From Deltaproteobacteria bacterium (lineage in GTDB: Bacteria; Desulfobacterota; Desulfobaccia; Desulfobaccales; 0-14-0-80-60-11), in NCBI GenBank assembly GCA_016874945.1, contig VGSO01000002.1:1-35041 (forward strand): a stretch of DNA of 35,041 nt, in the 5' to 3' direction. A program made the position numbers and the translations under genes. Below the pieces are notes generated by a model. The model made no database searches and had not been told where the DNA came from. It saw only the letters and a list, made by a program, of their open reading frames with translations. Shown here one piece after another: positions 1 through 8,105 of this stretch. Numbering within the stretch: position 1 is the first letter of the stretch; every line of letters begins with the position of its first letter.

Positions 1-89
1 CGCGAAGATTTTGCCTGTAACACCTTGATTTGATTAAAGTAATTAGGTTATTTTTTAGTTTGGTTGCGGCCAAAGGCCGCGATGTGCCA

Positions 90-139
90 CCAATACTTTT
101 CATGGTTTATGAATGAGCCGGAGGCTCATGGCCAACTGC
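90..139. repeat. 50-bp dispersed repeat, copy A (inverted partner at 31837-31886)
   Basis: ccaatacttttcatggtttatgaatgagccggaggctcatggccaactgc matches the reverse complement of 31837-31886 at 46 of 50 positions by hand alignment. It contains an internal hairpin ATGAGCC-GGAG-GCTCAT and is preceded by the hairpin GCGGCC-AAA-GGCCGC (66-80). Confidence 0.8.
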
Positions 140-178
140 TATGGACTGACCGATAAGACCGCTTGCGGCCCATTTTTT

Positions 179-207
179 TTGACAAACCCTCCAAAGGAAT
201 ATAGTAT
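179..207 (+). promoter_or_regulatory. candidate sigma70-type promoter for the efflux operon
   Basis: TTGACA at 179-184. The -10 element is either TATAGT at 200-205 (15-nt spacer) or TAGTAT at 202-207 (17-nt spacer). It follows a T8 run and lies ~235 nt upstream of the first efflux gene. Confidence 0.3.
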
Positions 208-441
208 TTGTCTGATTTTCCGTTCCCCCGGCGGACTGCACTACATCGGAGCGGGGGCAGGGGGAAAACTACGGGGCCCTTAAATCAAAGACCCTCATAT
301 GCATCAGTCAACCGGTGTCTTTCAATCTCATAAGAATCCTGTTCGGCTTCCTTCCGGGCCGGGTTATGCCCGGCTAAGCAACAGCCTTTTAGCCGCCATT
401 GCCAAGTTTACGGAAAGGGGCAAGGTGCCAGGGGGAGACGG

Positions 442-2016
442 ATGAGATCCGGCGGGTTCAGCCGACTCTTGCTGGTGGTCTTTTTTCTGGCCGCGGGGTG
501 CGCCAAGGTGGGGCCGGACTTCCAGAAACCCGAGGCCGCGGTGGCCCCCCGGTGGCTGGAGGCGGAGGATAAGCGGCTCCGGACCGGGCCGGAGGAGGGG
601 AAAAACTGGTGGCAGGTATTCAATGATTCCACCCTGAACCGGCTCATCGACACCGCTTACCGGCAGAACCTGACCCTGCAAATCGCCGGGGTGCGGGTCC
701 TGGGGGCCCGGGCTCAACTGGGCGCCGCCATCGGGCAGGTCTATCCCCAGACCCAACAGGCCCGGGGCTCGGTGGAAAATATCCGCCTCAGTGAACGGGC
801 CCCGACGGCTGCGCCGGGTTCTCCCACGAACTACTGGCAATCCGCCCTGGCGCTGACGGCTTCCTGGGAAATCGACTTTTGGGGAAAGTTCCGCCGGGGA
901 GTTGAGTCCGCCGATGCGGGATGGGCGGCGGCGGTGGCGGATTATGACAACGCCCTGGTGGCGCTTACCGCCGACGTGGGCAGTTCCTATGTCCTCATCC
1001 GCACCCTGGAGAACCGGCTGAACATCGCCCGCCAGAACGTGGCAATCCAGCAAGAGAGTCTGCAGATCGCCACGGCCCGTTTTGAGGGGGGGACCACCTC
1101 CCAAAGGGACGTGGAGCAGGCCAAGACGGTGTTGGCCAGCACCCAGGCCACCATCCCCACCCTGGAAAGTCAGCTCCGCCAGACGAAAAACGCCCTGTGC
1201 GTGTTGCTGGGCGTGCCTCCGCAGCACCTGTCGGACCTGCTGGGAAGTTCCATCAATATCCCCGCCCCCCCGCCCCAGGTGGCGGTGGGCATCCCCGCGG
1301 ACCTGCTGCGCCGGCGGCCGGATATTCAAAGCGCCGAATTCCGGGCCGCGGCGCAGTGCGCCCAAATCGGGGTGGCCAAGGCCGAGCTTTATCCGGCTTT
1401 TTCCCTGAGCGGCGCCTTTGGCTTCCAGGCCAGCAATGTAGGCGACTTCGCCCTGGGTGACATGTTTCAGTGGCGGAGCCGCACCGGATCTTTCGGTCCC
1501 TCTTTCCGGTGGAATATTTTGAATTATGGCCAGATCACCAACCTGGTAAGGGTTCAGGACGCCCGGTTCCAGGAGTTGCTCATCACCTATCAGAACGCGG
1601 TCCTTCGGGCCCAGCAGGAGGTGGAGGACGCGCTCATCGGGTTCTTAAAGTCCCAGGAGCGGGCGCATTTCCTGGCGCTGAGCACCGCCGCGGCCCAGCG
1701 TTCCGTGGACCTGGCGATCCTGCAATACCGCGAGGGCATCACTGATTTCACCACGGTTCTCACCGCCGAGCGGGAGCTTTTGACCCAGCAGGACGATCTG
1801 GCCAGCACCCTGGGAGATATTTCCCGCAACCTAGTGGCGGTTTACCGGGCCCTGGGAGGCGGCTGGCAGATGCGCGAAGGAGATGATTTTGTGCCGGATG
1901 CCGTTAAACAAGCCATGGCGGCGCGCACCAATTGGGGCAAGCTGCTCACTCCCGCGGCCCATACCCCGCCCCCGGCGGAACAGCCCAAAACCCTTATCCG
2001 GCCTCCGGATTGGTAA
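442..2016 (+). CDS. RND efflux outer membrane factor lipoprotein (NodT/OprM family)
   Basis: 524-aa ORF. N-terminal signal with lipobox FFLAAG-C. The length and two-repeat alpha/beta architecture are typical of OMF proteins. GGGGGAGA lies upstream of the ATG. Confidence 0.9.
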   Translation: MRSGGFSRLLLVVFFLAAGCAKVGPDFQKPEAAVAPRWLEAEDKRLRTGPEEGKNWWQVFNDSTLNRLIDTAYRQNLTLQIAGVRVLGARAQLGAAIGQVYPQTQQARGSVENIRLSERAPTAAPGSPTNYWQSALALTASWEIDFWGKFRRGVESADAGWAAAVADYDNALVALTADVGSSYVLIRTLENRLNIARQNVAIQQESLQIATARFEGGTTSQRDVEQAKTVLASTQATIPTLESQLRQTKNALCVLLGVPPQHLSDLLGSSINIPAPPPQVAVGIPADLLRRRPDIQSAEFRAAAQCAQIGVAKAELYPAFSLSGAFGFQASNVGDFALGDMFQWRSRTGSFGPSFRWNILNYGQITNLVRVQDARFQELLITYQNAVLRAQQEVEDALIGFLKSQERAHFLALSTAAAQRSVDLAILQYREGITDFTTVLTAERELLTQQDDLASTLGDISRNLVAVYRALGGGWQMREGDDFVPDAVKQAMAARTNWGKLLTPAAHTPPPAEQPKTLIRPPDW

Positions 2017-2026
2017 CGATCGATAG

Positions 2027-2047
2027 CGGTCTTCGGTCTTCGGTAAA
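2027..2047. repeat. heptanucleotide tandem repeat (CGGTCTT x2.5)
   Basis: cggtctt cggtctt cggtaaa, between the OMF stop and the MFP start. It is the reverse complement of the CCGAAxA-type unit seen elsewhere in the window. Confidence 0.7.
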
Positions 2048-2082
2048 ATGGCTTTCCCTGCAAAGGACCAGGAATTTGAATC

Positions 2083-3300
2083 ATGGCTGAAAGAAAACCA
2101 ATGGCTTTTTTAAGCTCCGGACTTGTTCAAGCCGCGGCCCTCCTGGCGGCCCTGGTCCTGGCCCCGGCCTGCGGCGACAGGAACGTCTACGTGCCGCCTC
2201 CGCCTCCCAAGGTCACGGTAAGCCAGCCGGTGTCCCGGCCGGTTACTGATTACCTGGAATTCACCGGCAACACCGTGGCCATTAATACGGTGCAATTGCG
2301 GGCCCGGGTGGAGGGTTACCTGGAAAAGGTCTTGTTCAACGACGGCGAAGTCGTGAAAAAAGGACGACTCCTCTTCCTGATCCAGCAAAACACCTACGAA
2401 GCCAAACTGAAGCAAGCGGAGGCGGAAATTCTGGCCAACAAAGCCCGCTTGATGCACGCCCAGACCGAATACGACCGGTTTTCCCGCCTGGTGCAACAGA
2501 AGGCCGCGGCCCAGACGGACGTGGACAAATGGCACTACGAACGGGACTCGGCCCAGGCCGCGGTGATGGCCGCCGAGGCCCAGCGCGACCTGGCCAGACT
2601 CAATCTCAGCTATACGGAAGTCCGGGCGCCCTTTGACGGTCGCATCGGCCGCCGCCTCAAGGATCCGGGCAACCTGGTGGGCGCCGGCGAAAGCACCGTC
2701 CTGGCAGATATCAACCAGGTTGACCCCATCTATGTCTATTTCAATATCAATGAGCAGGACTTGCTTAGGGTCACAGGCGAGAAGCAAGAAGAGGCCAAGC
2801 AAGAGGCCCATAAGGTGAAGTGGCCGGTATATTTCGGCCTGGCCGATGAACCGGGCTTTCCCCATGAGGGCTACATGGACTTCGCGGCCATAACCATCAA
2901 TCCCTCCACCGGCACCCTGCTGCTGCGGGGGATTTTCCCCAACCCTGTCGCCCGGGTCATGCCCGGCATGTTCGCCCGGGTGCGAGCGCCGTTGGCCGAA
3001 GCAAAACCGGCGCTCCTCATCCCGGAAGTGGCCGTGGGCTATGACCAGCAAGGTCCCTTTGTCATGGTGGTGGATGAGAAGAACGTGGTGGCGCGCCGCC
3101 TGGTGAAGCTGGGTGCCCAGGTGGATGGCCGCCGGGTAATCACCGAAGGGTTGCAAGGGGAGGAGTGGGTGGTGGTCAACGGCCTGTTGCGGGCCATCCC
3201 CGGTAAACAGGTGGCTCCTGAGAAGACAACCCAGCCGGAAACCCCGGGCGCCAAAGCTCCCGCCGCCCCGCAGCCCGGGACCGGGAAGGCCGCCCCATGA
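2083..3300 (+). CDS. RND efflux periplasmic adaptor (membrane fusion protein, AcrA/MexA-like)
   Basis: 405-aa ORF with signal and lipobox-like LAPAC. Coiled-coil hairpin region (KLKQAEAEILANKARL...), then a barrel-sandwich/beta-barrel region. The stop overlaps the next start as ATGA (3297-3300). The start could instead be the ATG at 2101. Confidence 0.9.
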   Translation: MAERKPMAFLSSGLVQAAALLAALVLAPACGDRNVYVPPPPPKVTVSQPVSRPVTDYLEFTGNTVAINTVQLRARVEGYLEKVLFNDGEVVKKGRLLFLIQQNTYEAKLKQAEAEILANKARLMHAQTEYDRFSRLVQQKAAAQTDVDKWHYERDSAQAAVMAAEAQRDLARLNLSYTEVRAPFDGRIGRRLKDPGNLVGAGESTVLADINQVDPIYVYFNINEQDLLRVTGEKQEEAKQEAHKVKWPVYFGLADEPGFPHEGYMDFAAITINPSTGTLLLRGIFPNPVARVMPGMFARVRAPLAEAKPALLIPEVAVGYDQQGPFVMVVDEKNVVARRLVKLGAQVDGRRVITEGLQGEEWVVVNGLLRAIPGKQVAPEKTTQPETPGAKAPAAPQPGTGKAAP

Positions 3301-6300
3301 TCTCCAGGTTTTTCATCGAGCGGCCCATCTTTGCCAATGTCATCGCCATTGTCACCATCATCCTGGGCTTGGTGGCCGTCTTTAAGCTGCCGGTGACCCA
3401 ATATCCCGACATCGTCCCGCCCACCATTCAGGTAACCACCATGTACCCGGGGGCCAGCGCCGAGGTGGTGGCCACCACCGTGGGCATCCCCATCGAACAG
3501 GCGGTGAACGGGGTGGAAAATTCCCTGTACATGTCCTCCACCAGCGGCAGCGACGGCAGTTACACCCTCACCGTCACCTTTGCCGTGGGCGCCGACCTCA
3601 ACACCTCCCTGGCCCTGGTGCAGAATATGGTCAACGGGGCCTTATCCCAACTGCCGGAGACGGTGCAAGCCCAGGGCATCACCGTGAGGAAGGTGTCCAC
3701 CAACATTCTGCAGGTGGTGAGCCTTTATACCGACGACGACCGATACGATGAAACCTTTCTGTCCAACTACGCCATGATCAACCTGCAGTATCCCCTGGGC
3801 CGTCTTCCCGGGGTGGGGCAAATCAAGGTTCTAGGCGCGGGCTCTTACAGCATGAGGGTCTGGCTGGACCCCAACAAACTTCACTACTTCAATCTGACCA
3901 CCATGGACGTGGTGAGCGCCATCAAACAGCAAAACGTCCAGGTGGTGGCGGGAAAACTGGGGGGGGCCCCGGTGCCGCCGGACCAGACCTTTCAGTTCAC
4001 CATCAACGCCTTGGGCCGCCTCTCCGATGTGAGCCAATTCGAAAATATCATTGTGAAAACTGTCCGGGGGGAAACCGCCCAAATCGTCCGGGTGAAAGAT
4101 CTGGCCCAGGTGGAACTCAGCCAGCAGACGTTCACCAATTTTGCCGGGCTCAGCGGCCATGCGGCCACCCAGATCCTGGTCTTTTCCCTGCCCGGGGCCA
4201 ACGCCATCGACGTGGGCCGGCGGGTGCGCCAGGCCATGGCCGAGATGAACCAGGACTTTCCGGAAGGGCTGAAGTTCGCCATTTATTACGACACCACGGA
4301 GTTTATCCAGCAGGCCATCGACGCGGTGTACCACACCCTGTATGAAGCCGGGATCCTGGTGCTCATCGTCATCATGGTGTTCCTCCAGAACTGGCGCGCC
4401 ACCCTGGTTCCGGCCACCACCGTGCCGGTGACCATTATCGGCGCCTTCGGGGCCATGGCCCTGCTGGGCTTCACCGTCAACCTCATGACGCTGTTCGCCC
4501 TGATTTTGGCCATCGGCATCGTGGTGGACGACGCCATCGTCATTGTGGAAAACTCCTCGCATTACATCGAAAAGGGGCTGTCGCCCAAAGATGCGGCCAT
4601 CAAGGCCATGGGCGAAATGACAGGCCCGGTCATCGGCATCACCCTGGTGTTGACTTCGGTCTTCCTGCCCGCCGCGTTCATGCCGGGGATCACCGGCCAG
4701 CTGTTCCGGCAGTTCGCCCTGGTAATCGCCTCCACCGCGGTCATCAGCGCCCTGAACGCCCTCACCCTGAAGCCGGCCCAGTGCGCCCTTTATTTGCGCC
4801 CCCGGGACCCCGGCAAAAAGCTCAACGCCTTTTACCGGGGCTTCAACCGGGTTTACGCGGTGGTGGAAGACGCCTACGTCGCCCTGGTCCGCCGCATGGT
4901 GAATCGCCCGGGGCTGATGGTCCTGGTTTTTTTTGTCATTATCGGCCTGGGCGGCTTGCTCTTCAGCCTGCACCCCACCGGCTTTCTCCCCGACGAAGAC
5001 CAGGGTTACGCCATTATCGCCGGCCGCCTGCCCGACGCCGCGTCCCAACCCCGGGTCAAGGAGGTTTCCAACAAAGTCGACGCCATTCTCCGGAAGGTCC
5101 CGGGAGTGGCTTCCTGGGTCACCATCGGCGGCTTCTCCATGCTGGACAACGCCAATGTCCCCACCACCTTCAGCACCTTCGCCATCTACGACAAATGGGA
5201 CAAGCGCGGCGCGGCCCTGAGTCAGGAGCAAATCGTCGAGAACCTGAGGCGGCAACTTGCCGCCCTGGAGGACGCGGAATTCGCGGTGATGGTGCCGCCG
5301 CCCATCAGCGGTCTGGGCCAATCCGGCGGGTTCCAGATGATGGTGGAGGACCGCAAGAGCCTGGGGCTGGTCGAGCTGCAAAAGGCGGCCATGGAGCTGA
5401 TCCGGGCCGGCAGCGGCCAATCAGGTCTGTATGGACTGGCCACCACCTTCAGCGCCCGCAGCCCCCAGCTTTATCTGGACATTGACCGGACCAAGGCCGA
5501 GTCCCTGGAAATTCCCCTGGACAACGTGTTCAATACCTTGCAGGCTTATCTCGGCTCCGCCTACGTCAACCTGTTCAACAAATTCAACCAGTCATACCAG
5601 GTCTATGTGCAGGCCTCCGCCCCCTACCGGCTGAGCCCGGAAGACATCAAAAGCCTTTACGTCCGCAACCAGCGGAAAGAGATGGTTCCCCTGGGCACCC
5701 TCCTGTCCGTCCAGAGGATGCTGGGTTCCGAACTGGTCACCCGCTATAACCTTTATCCCGCCGCCTCGGTATTCGGGGCCGCGGCCCCGGGATTCAGCTC
5801 CGGCCAGGCTCTCCATCTCATGGAGCAGGTGGCCGCCCATACCCTGCCACAGGGCATGGCCTATGACTGGACGGCCACGGCCTATCAGGAAAAGCAGGTG
5901 GGCAGCCAGACATATTTCATCTATGCCCTGGCCATTATCCTGGTGTTTCTGGTCCTGGCGGCCCAGTACGAGAGCTGGACCAACCCCGCGGCGGTGATCC
6001 TGGTGGTGCCCATGGCCCTGGTGGGCGTGATTCTGGCCCTCATTTCCCGGGGCTTCGACAACAACCTTTATACCCAGGTGGGTCTGGTGCTGATGATTGC
6101 CCTGGCCAGCAAGAATGCCATCCTGGTGGTGGAATTCGCCCGGGAATTGCACGCCGACGGCATGTCCATCGCCGACGCCGCGGTGGAAGCCACCCGCCGC
6201 CGCTTCCGCCCCATTGTCATGACCTCCTTCGCCTTCATTCTGGGGGTGGTGCCGCTAATGAAAGCCGGAGGGGCCGGGGCCGCCAGCCAGCAGGCCATCG

Positions 6301-6461
6301 GCACCGTGGTTTTCGGCGGCATGCTCTCCTCCACCATTTTGGCCATCCCCTTTGTACCGGTGTTCTACGTAATCACCCAGAAGCTCAGCGAAGGACGCCA
6401 AAAGGGGTTTGGGAGGAAAGCCCGGGCAGATCAAGCAGGGGTGAACATGGAAAAACAGTAA
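3297..6461 (+). CDS. RND multidrug efflux permease (HAE1, AcrB/MexB-like)
   Basis: 1054-aa ORF. N-terminus MISRFFIERPIFANVIAIV...PVTQYPDI is canonical for AcrB-type pumps. 12-TM layout with two large periplasmic loops. Translationally coupled to the MFP gene. Confidence 0.95.
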   Translation: MISRFFIERPIFANVIAIVTIILGLVAVFKLPVTQYPDIVPPTIQVTTMYPGASAEVVATTVGIPIEQAVNGVENSLYMSSTSGSDGSYTLTVTFAVGADLNTSLALVQNMVNGALSQLPETVQAQGITVRKVSTNILQVVSLYTDDDRYDETFLSNYAMINLQYPLGRLPGVGQIKVLGAGSYSMRVWLDPNKLHYFNLTTMDVVSAIKQQNVQVVAGKLGGAPVPPDQTFQFTINALGRLSDVSQFENIIVKTVRGETAQIVRVKDLAQVELSQQTFTNFAGLSGHAATQILVFSLPGANAIDVGRRVRQAMAEMNQDFPEGLKFAIYYDTTEFIQQAIDAVYHTLYEAGILVLIVIMVFLQNWRATLVPATTVPVTIIGAFGAMALLGFTVNLMTLFALILAIGIVVDDAIVIVENSSHYIEKGLSPKDAAIKAMGEMTGPVIGITLVLTSVFLPAAFMPGITGQLFRQFALVIASTAVISALNALTLKPAQCALYLRPRDPGKKLNAFYRGFNRVYAVVEDAYVALVRRMVNRPGLMVLVFFVIIGLGGLLFSLHPTGFLPDEDQGYAIIAGRLPDAASQPRVKEVSNKVDAILRKVPGVASWVTIGGFSMLDNANVPTTFSTFAIYDKWDKRGAALSQEQIVENLRRQLAALEDAEFAVMVPPPISGLGQSGGFQMMVEDRKSLGLVELQKAAMELIRAGSGQSGLYGLATTFSARSPQLYLDIDRTKAESLEIPLDNVFNTLQAYLGSAYVNLFNKFNQSYQVYVQASAPYRLSPEDIKSLYVRNQRKEMVPLGTLLSVQRMLGSELVTRYNLYPAASVFGAAAPGFSSGQALHLMEQVAAHTLPQGMAYDWTATAYQEKQVGSQTYFIYALAIILVFLVLAAQYESWTNPAAVILVVPMALVGVILALISRGFDNNLYTQVGLVLMIALASKNAILVVEFARELHADGMSIADAAVEATRRRFRPIVMTSFAFILGVVPLMKAGGAGAASQQAIGTVVFGGMLSSTILAIPFVPVFYVITQKLSEGRQKGFGRKARADQAGVNMEKQ

Positions 6462-6493
6462 GCGAACCCCATGGCGGCGAAGTTACCCAACGC

Positions 6494-6516
6494 CTCCCCC
6501 CGGTGCGAAGGGGGAG
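6494..6516 (+). terminator. GC hairpin downstream of the pump gene (possible terminator or REP-like element)
   Basis: CTCCCCC-cggtgcgaa-GGGGGAG, 33 nt after the stop. There is no U tract, so an intrinsic terminator function is uncertain. Confidence 0.2.
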
Positions 6517-6580
6517 AGACCGGCCGGACGCCGCAGGTGGATAAAAGAGATCTTTTATACTTTATTCCCTTTCAAATGCA

Positions 6581-6595
6581 ACAAATACAATTTGT
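6581..6595. promoter_or_regulatory. AT-rich palindrome upstream of the Fwd/Hdr-like cluster
   Basis: ACAAAT-aca-ATTTGT, a perfect 6-bp-arm inverted repeat immediately after ATGCAAC (6575-6581), in the AT-rich intergenic region 6540-6620. Confidence 0.25.
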
Positions 6596-6623
6596 AACTT
6601 ATTGGTATTCCAGGTTTTCCTAA

Positions 6624-6654
6624 CCGAAAACCGAAATCCGAAAACCGAAAACGG
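6624..6654. repeat. heptanucleotide tandem repeat (CCGAAAA x4)
   Basis: ccgaaaa ccgaaat ccgaaaa ccgaaaa cgg, ~110 nt upstream of the FwdB-like gene. Confidence 0.85.
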
Positions 6655-6767
6655 CAATAATAGCCCACTGCACTTGTCATCGTCTCCGGAAACGCACTTT
6701 ACAGCAGTTTTGAAAGAATTAACCCCACCCCCTTTTCATATGGGCATTGGCCGCCATTGGTGGTAAT

Positions 6768-8078
6768 ATGTGCTTGTTTAAACCAACTGGGGTGCAAGGA
6801 AAGGTGGAAGTCGGTCAGCAATCCGTTATCTGCACCGGGTGCGGTTGCCTGTGTGACGACCTGGATGTTGCCATGGCCGGAGGTCAGCTCCTGGAGGTGT
6901 CCAATGTCTGCCTCTGGGGACTGAGCCGGTTCTTTCCTTACAAGAGATTCCATCCGAAGAAAGAGCGCCGTCGCATCCTGGAACCCTTGGGGAGACTGAA
7001 CGGCCGGCTCCAGGGAATATCGTATGGGGCGGCCCTGGAACATGCCGCCGAAATTCTCGGCAAAGCCCGGCGGCCTCTGATTTACGGGCTTACCAACACC
7101 GGCTCCTGGGCCCAGGAGGCCGCCCTGCAACTGGCGCGGAACCTCAAGGCCCGCCTGGAACCGGCCGACCTGGCCTTTAAAGCCCCTTATTATCACAGCG
7201 TGAGAAAACACGGCCTTTATTGGGCGCCCTTGGAGGTTATCCGGGATGAGGCGGACACGGTGCTGTTCTGGGGAGCCAACCCCTTGCACTCCTGCCCCCG
7301 CCACCTGGTGCGCTACAGCGTCTTTGCCCGGGGGCGGTTCACGGAAAGGGGGGTGGAAGATCGGCAGGTGGCGGCAGTGGACCTCTACCGGACGGAAGTG
7401 GCCAAATTCTGCCACCTGTTTGTCCAGGTCGATCCCGGCCAGGAGTTGCACCTCCTGAAAGGAATTCGGGAACATTTGCAGGGAAGCCCGGGGCCGGGGC
7501 CGGCGGTCAAAGGGACCAGAAGGCTGGCCGGGTTTCTTTCTAAGGCCGAATTCGGAGTTATCTTTTTCGGGCGGGGGGCCGTCTATAACCAGGGCTTGGC
7601 GGTGCTCGATGAGTTGGGCAGCCTGGCGGCCCATCTGGGGGAGAAGCAGCCCTTCGTGCTTTTTCCCCTGGCCAGCGATTTCAACTCCGGCGGCCTCTAT
7701 CATCTGCTGTTCAACGAGTTGGGCGTCCCGGAAGCGCCGGATTTCGGCCATGAGGGCGGTTTACTTACCTCCGCCGCGCCGGGGGATTTTGATGAAGTTG
7801 ACGCTATTTTGGTGGTGGGGGCGGACCTGTTTTGGTTTCTCCCGGAGGACCAAGGCCGCGCCCTGCAGGACCGCCAGGTGCCGGTGGTGTCCCTGAGTCC
7901 TTTTGCCAACCGAACCACCTCCTGCTCCCAGGTGGTGTTTCCGGTGGCCCTGGTCGGCCTGGAGGCCGCCGAAGTTGCTTACCGGATGGATGGGCTTCCC
8001 ATGGTCTTGAAGAAATTGCTCCCCACGGCCTGGCCCTCCGACCGGGAAATTCTTCTTGACCTAATGAAGGCGGTTTAG
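6768..8078 (+). CDS. formylmethanofuran dehydrogenase subunit B-like (molybdopterin-oxidoreductase fold) protein
   Basis: The N-terminus VICTGCGCLCDDLDV...VSNVCLWGLSRF closely resembles, as I recall it, the FwdB/FmdB N-terminal Fe-S motif (VCPFCGxLCDD...ACRIGHSKF). GANPLHSCPRH is a typical bis-PGD-family motif. The start is ambiguous (TTG 6747, ATG 6768, GTG 6792 or 6804). Confidence 0.7.
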   Translation: MCLFKPTGVQGKVEVGQQSVICTGCGCLCDDLDVAMAGGQLLEVSNVCLWGLSRFFPYKRFHPKKERRRILEPLGRLNGRLQGISYGAALEHAAEILGKARRPLIYGLTNTGSWAQEAALQLARNLKARLEPADLAFKAPYYHSVRKHGLYWAPLEVIRDEADTVLFWGANPLHSCPRHLVRYSVFARGRFTERGVEDRQVAAVDLYRTEVAKFCHLFVQVDPGQELHLLKGIREHLQGSPGPGPAVKGTRRLAGFLSKAEFGVIFFGRGAVYNQGLAVLDELGSLAAHLGEKQPFVLFPLASDFNSGGLYHLLFNELGVPEAPDFGHEGGLLTSAAPGDFDEVDAILVVGADLFWFLPEDQGRALQDRQVPVVSLSPFANRTTSCSQVVFPVALVGLEAAEVAYRMDGLPMVLKKLLPTAWPSDREILLDLMKAV

Positions 8079-8105
8079 GGGAGAGACTGTACAATTGGTA
8101 TTTAA

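Noticed and set aside
364-1365. Long antisense ORFs opposite well-supported genes. Examples: 364-1365(-), 2110-3156(-), 3831-5420(-), 6699-7751(-), 8478-9284(-), 13201-14058(-), 15896-16567(-), 16739-17626(-), 19048-19734(-), 20183-20980(+), 21037-22143(-), 22582-24057(-), 28496-29413(+), 30097-31083(+), 33416-34111(-).
   Set aside because: Their translations are Arg/Gly/Pro/His-rich and low in complexity, with no recognisable motifs. Each lies opposite a gene with clear family signatures. Shadow ORFs like these are typical of GC-rich DNA.
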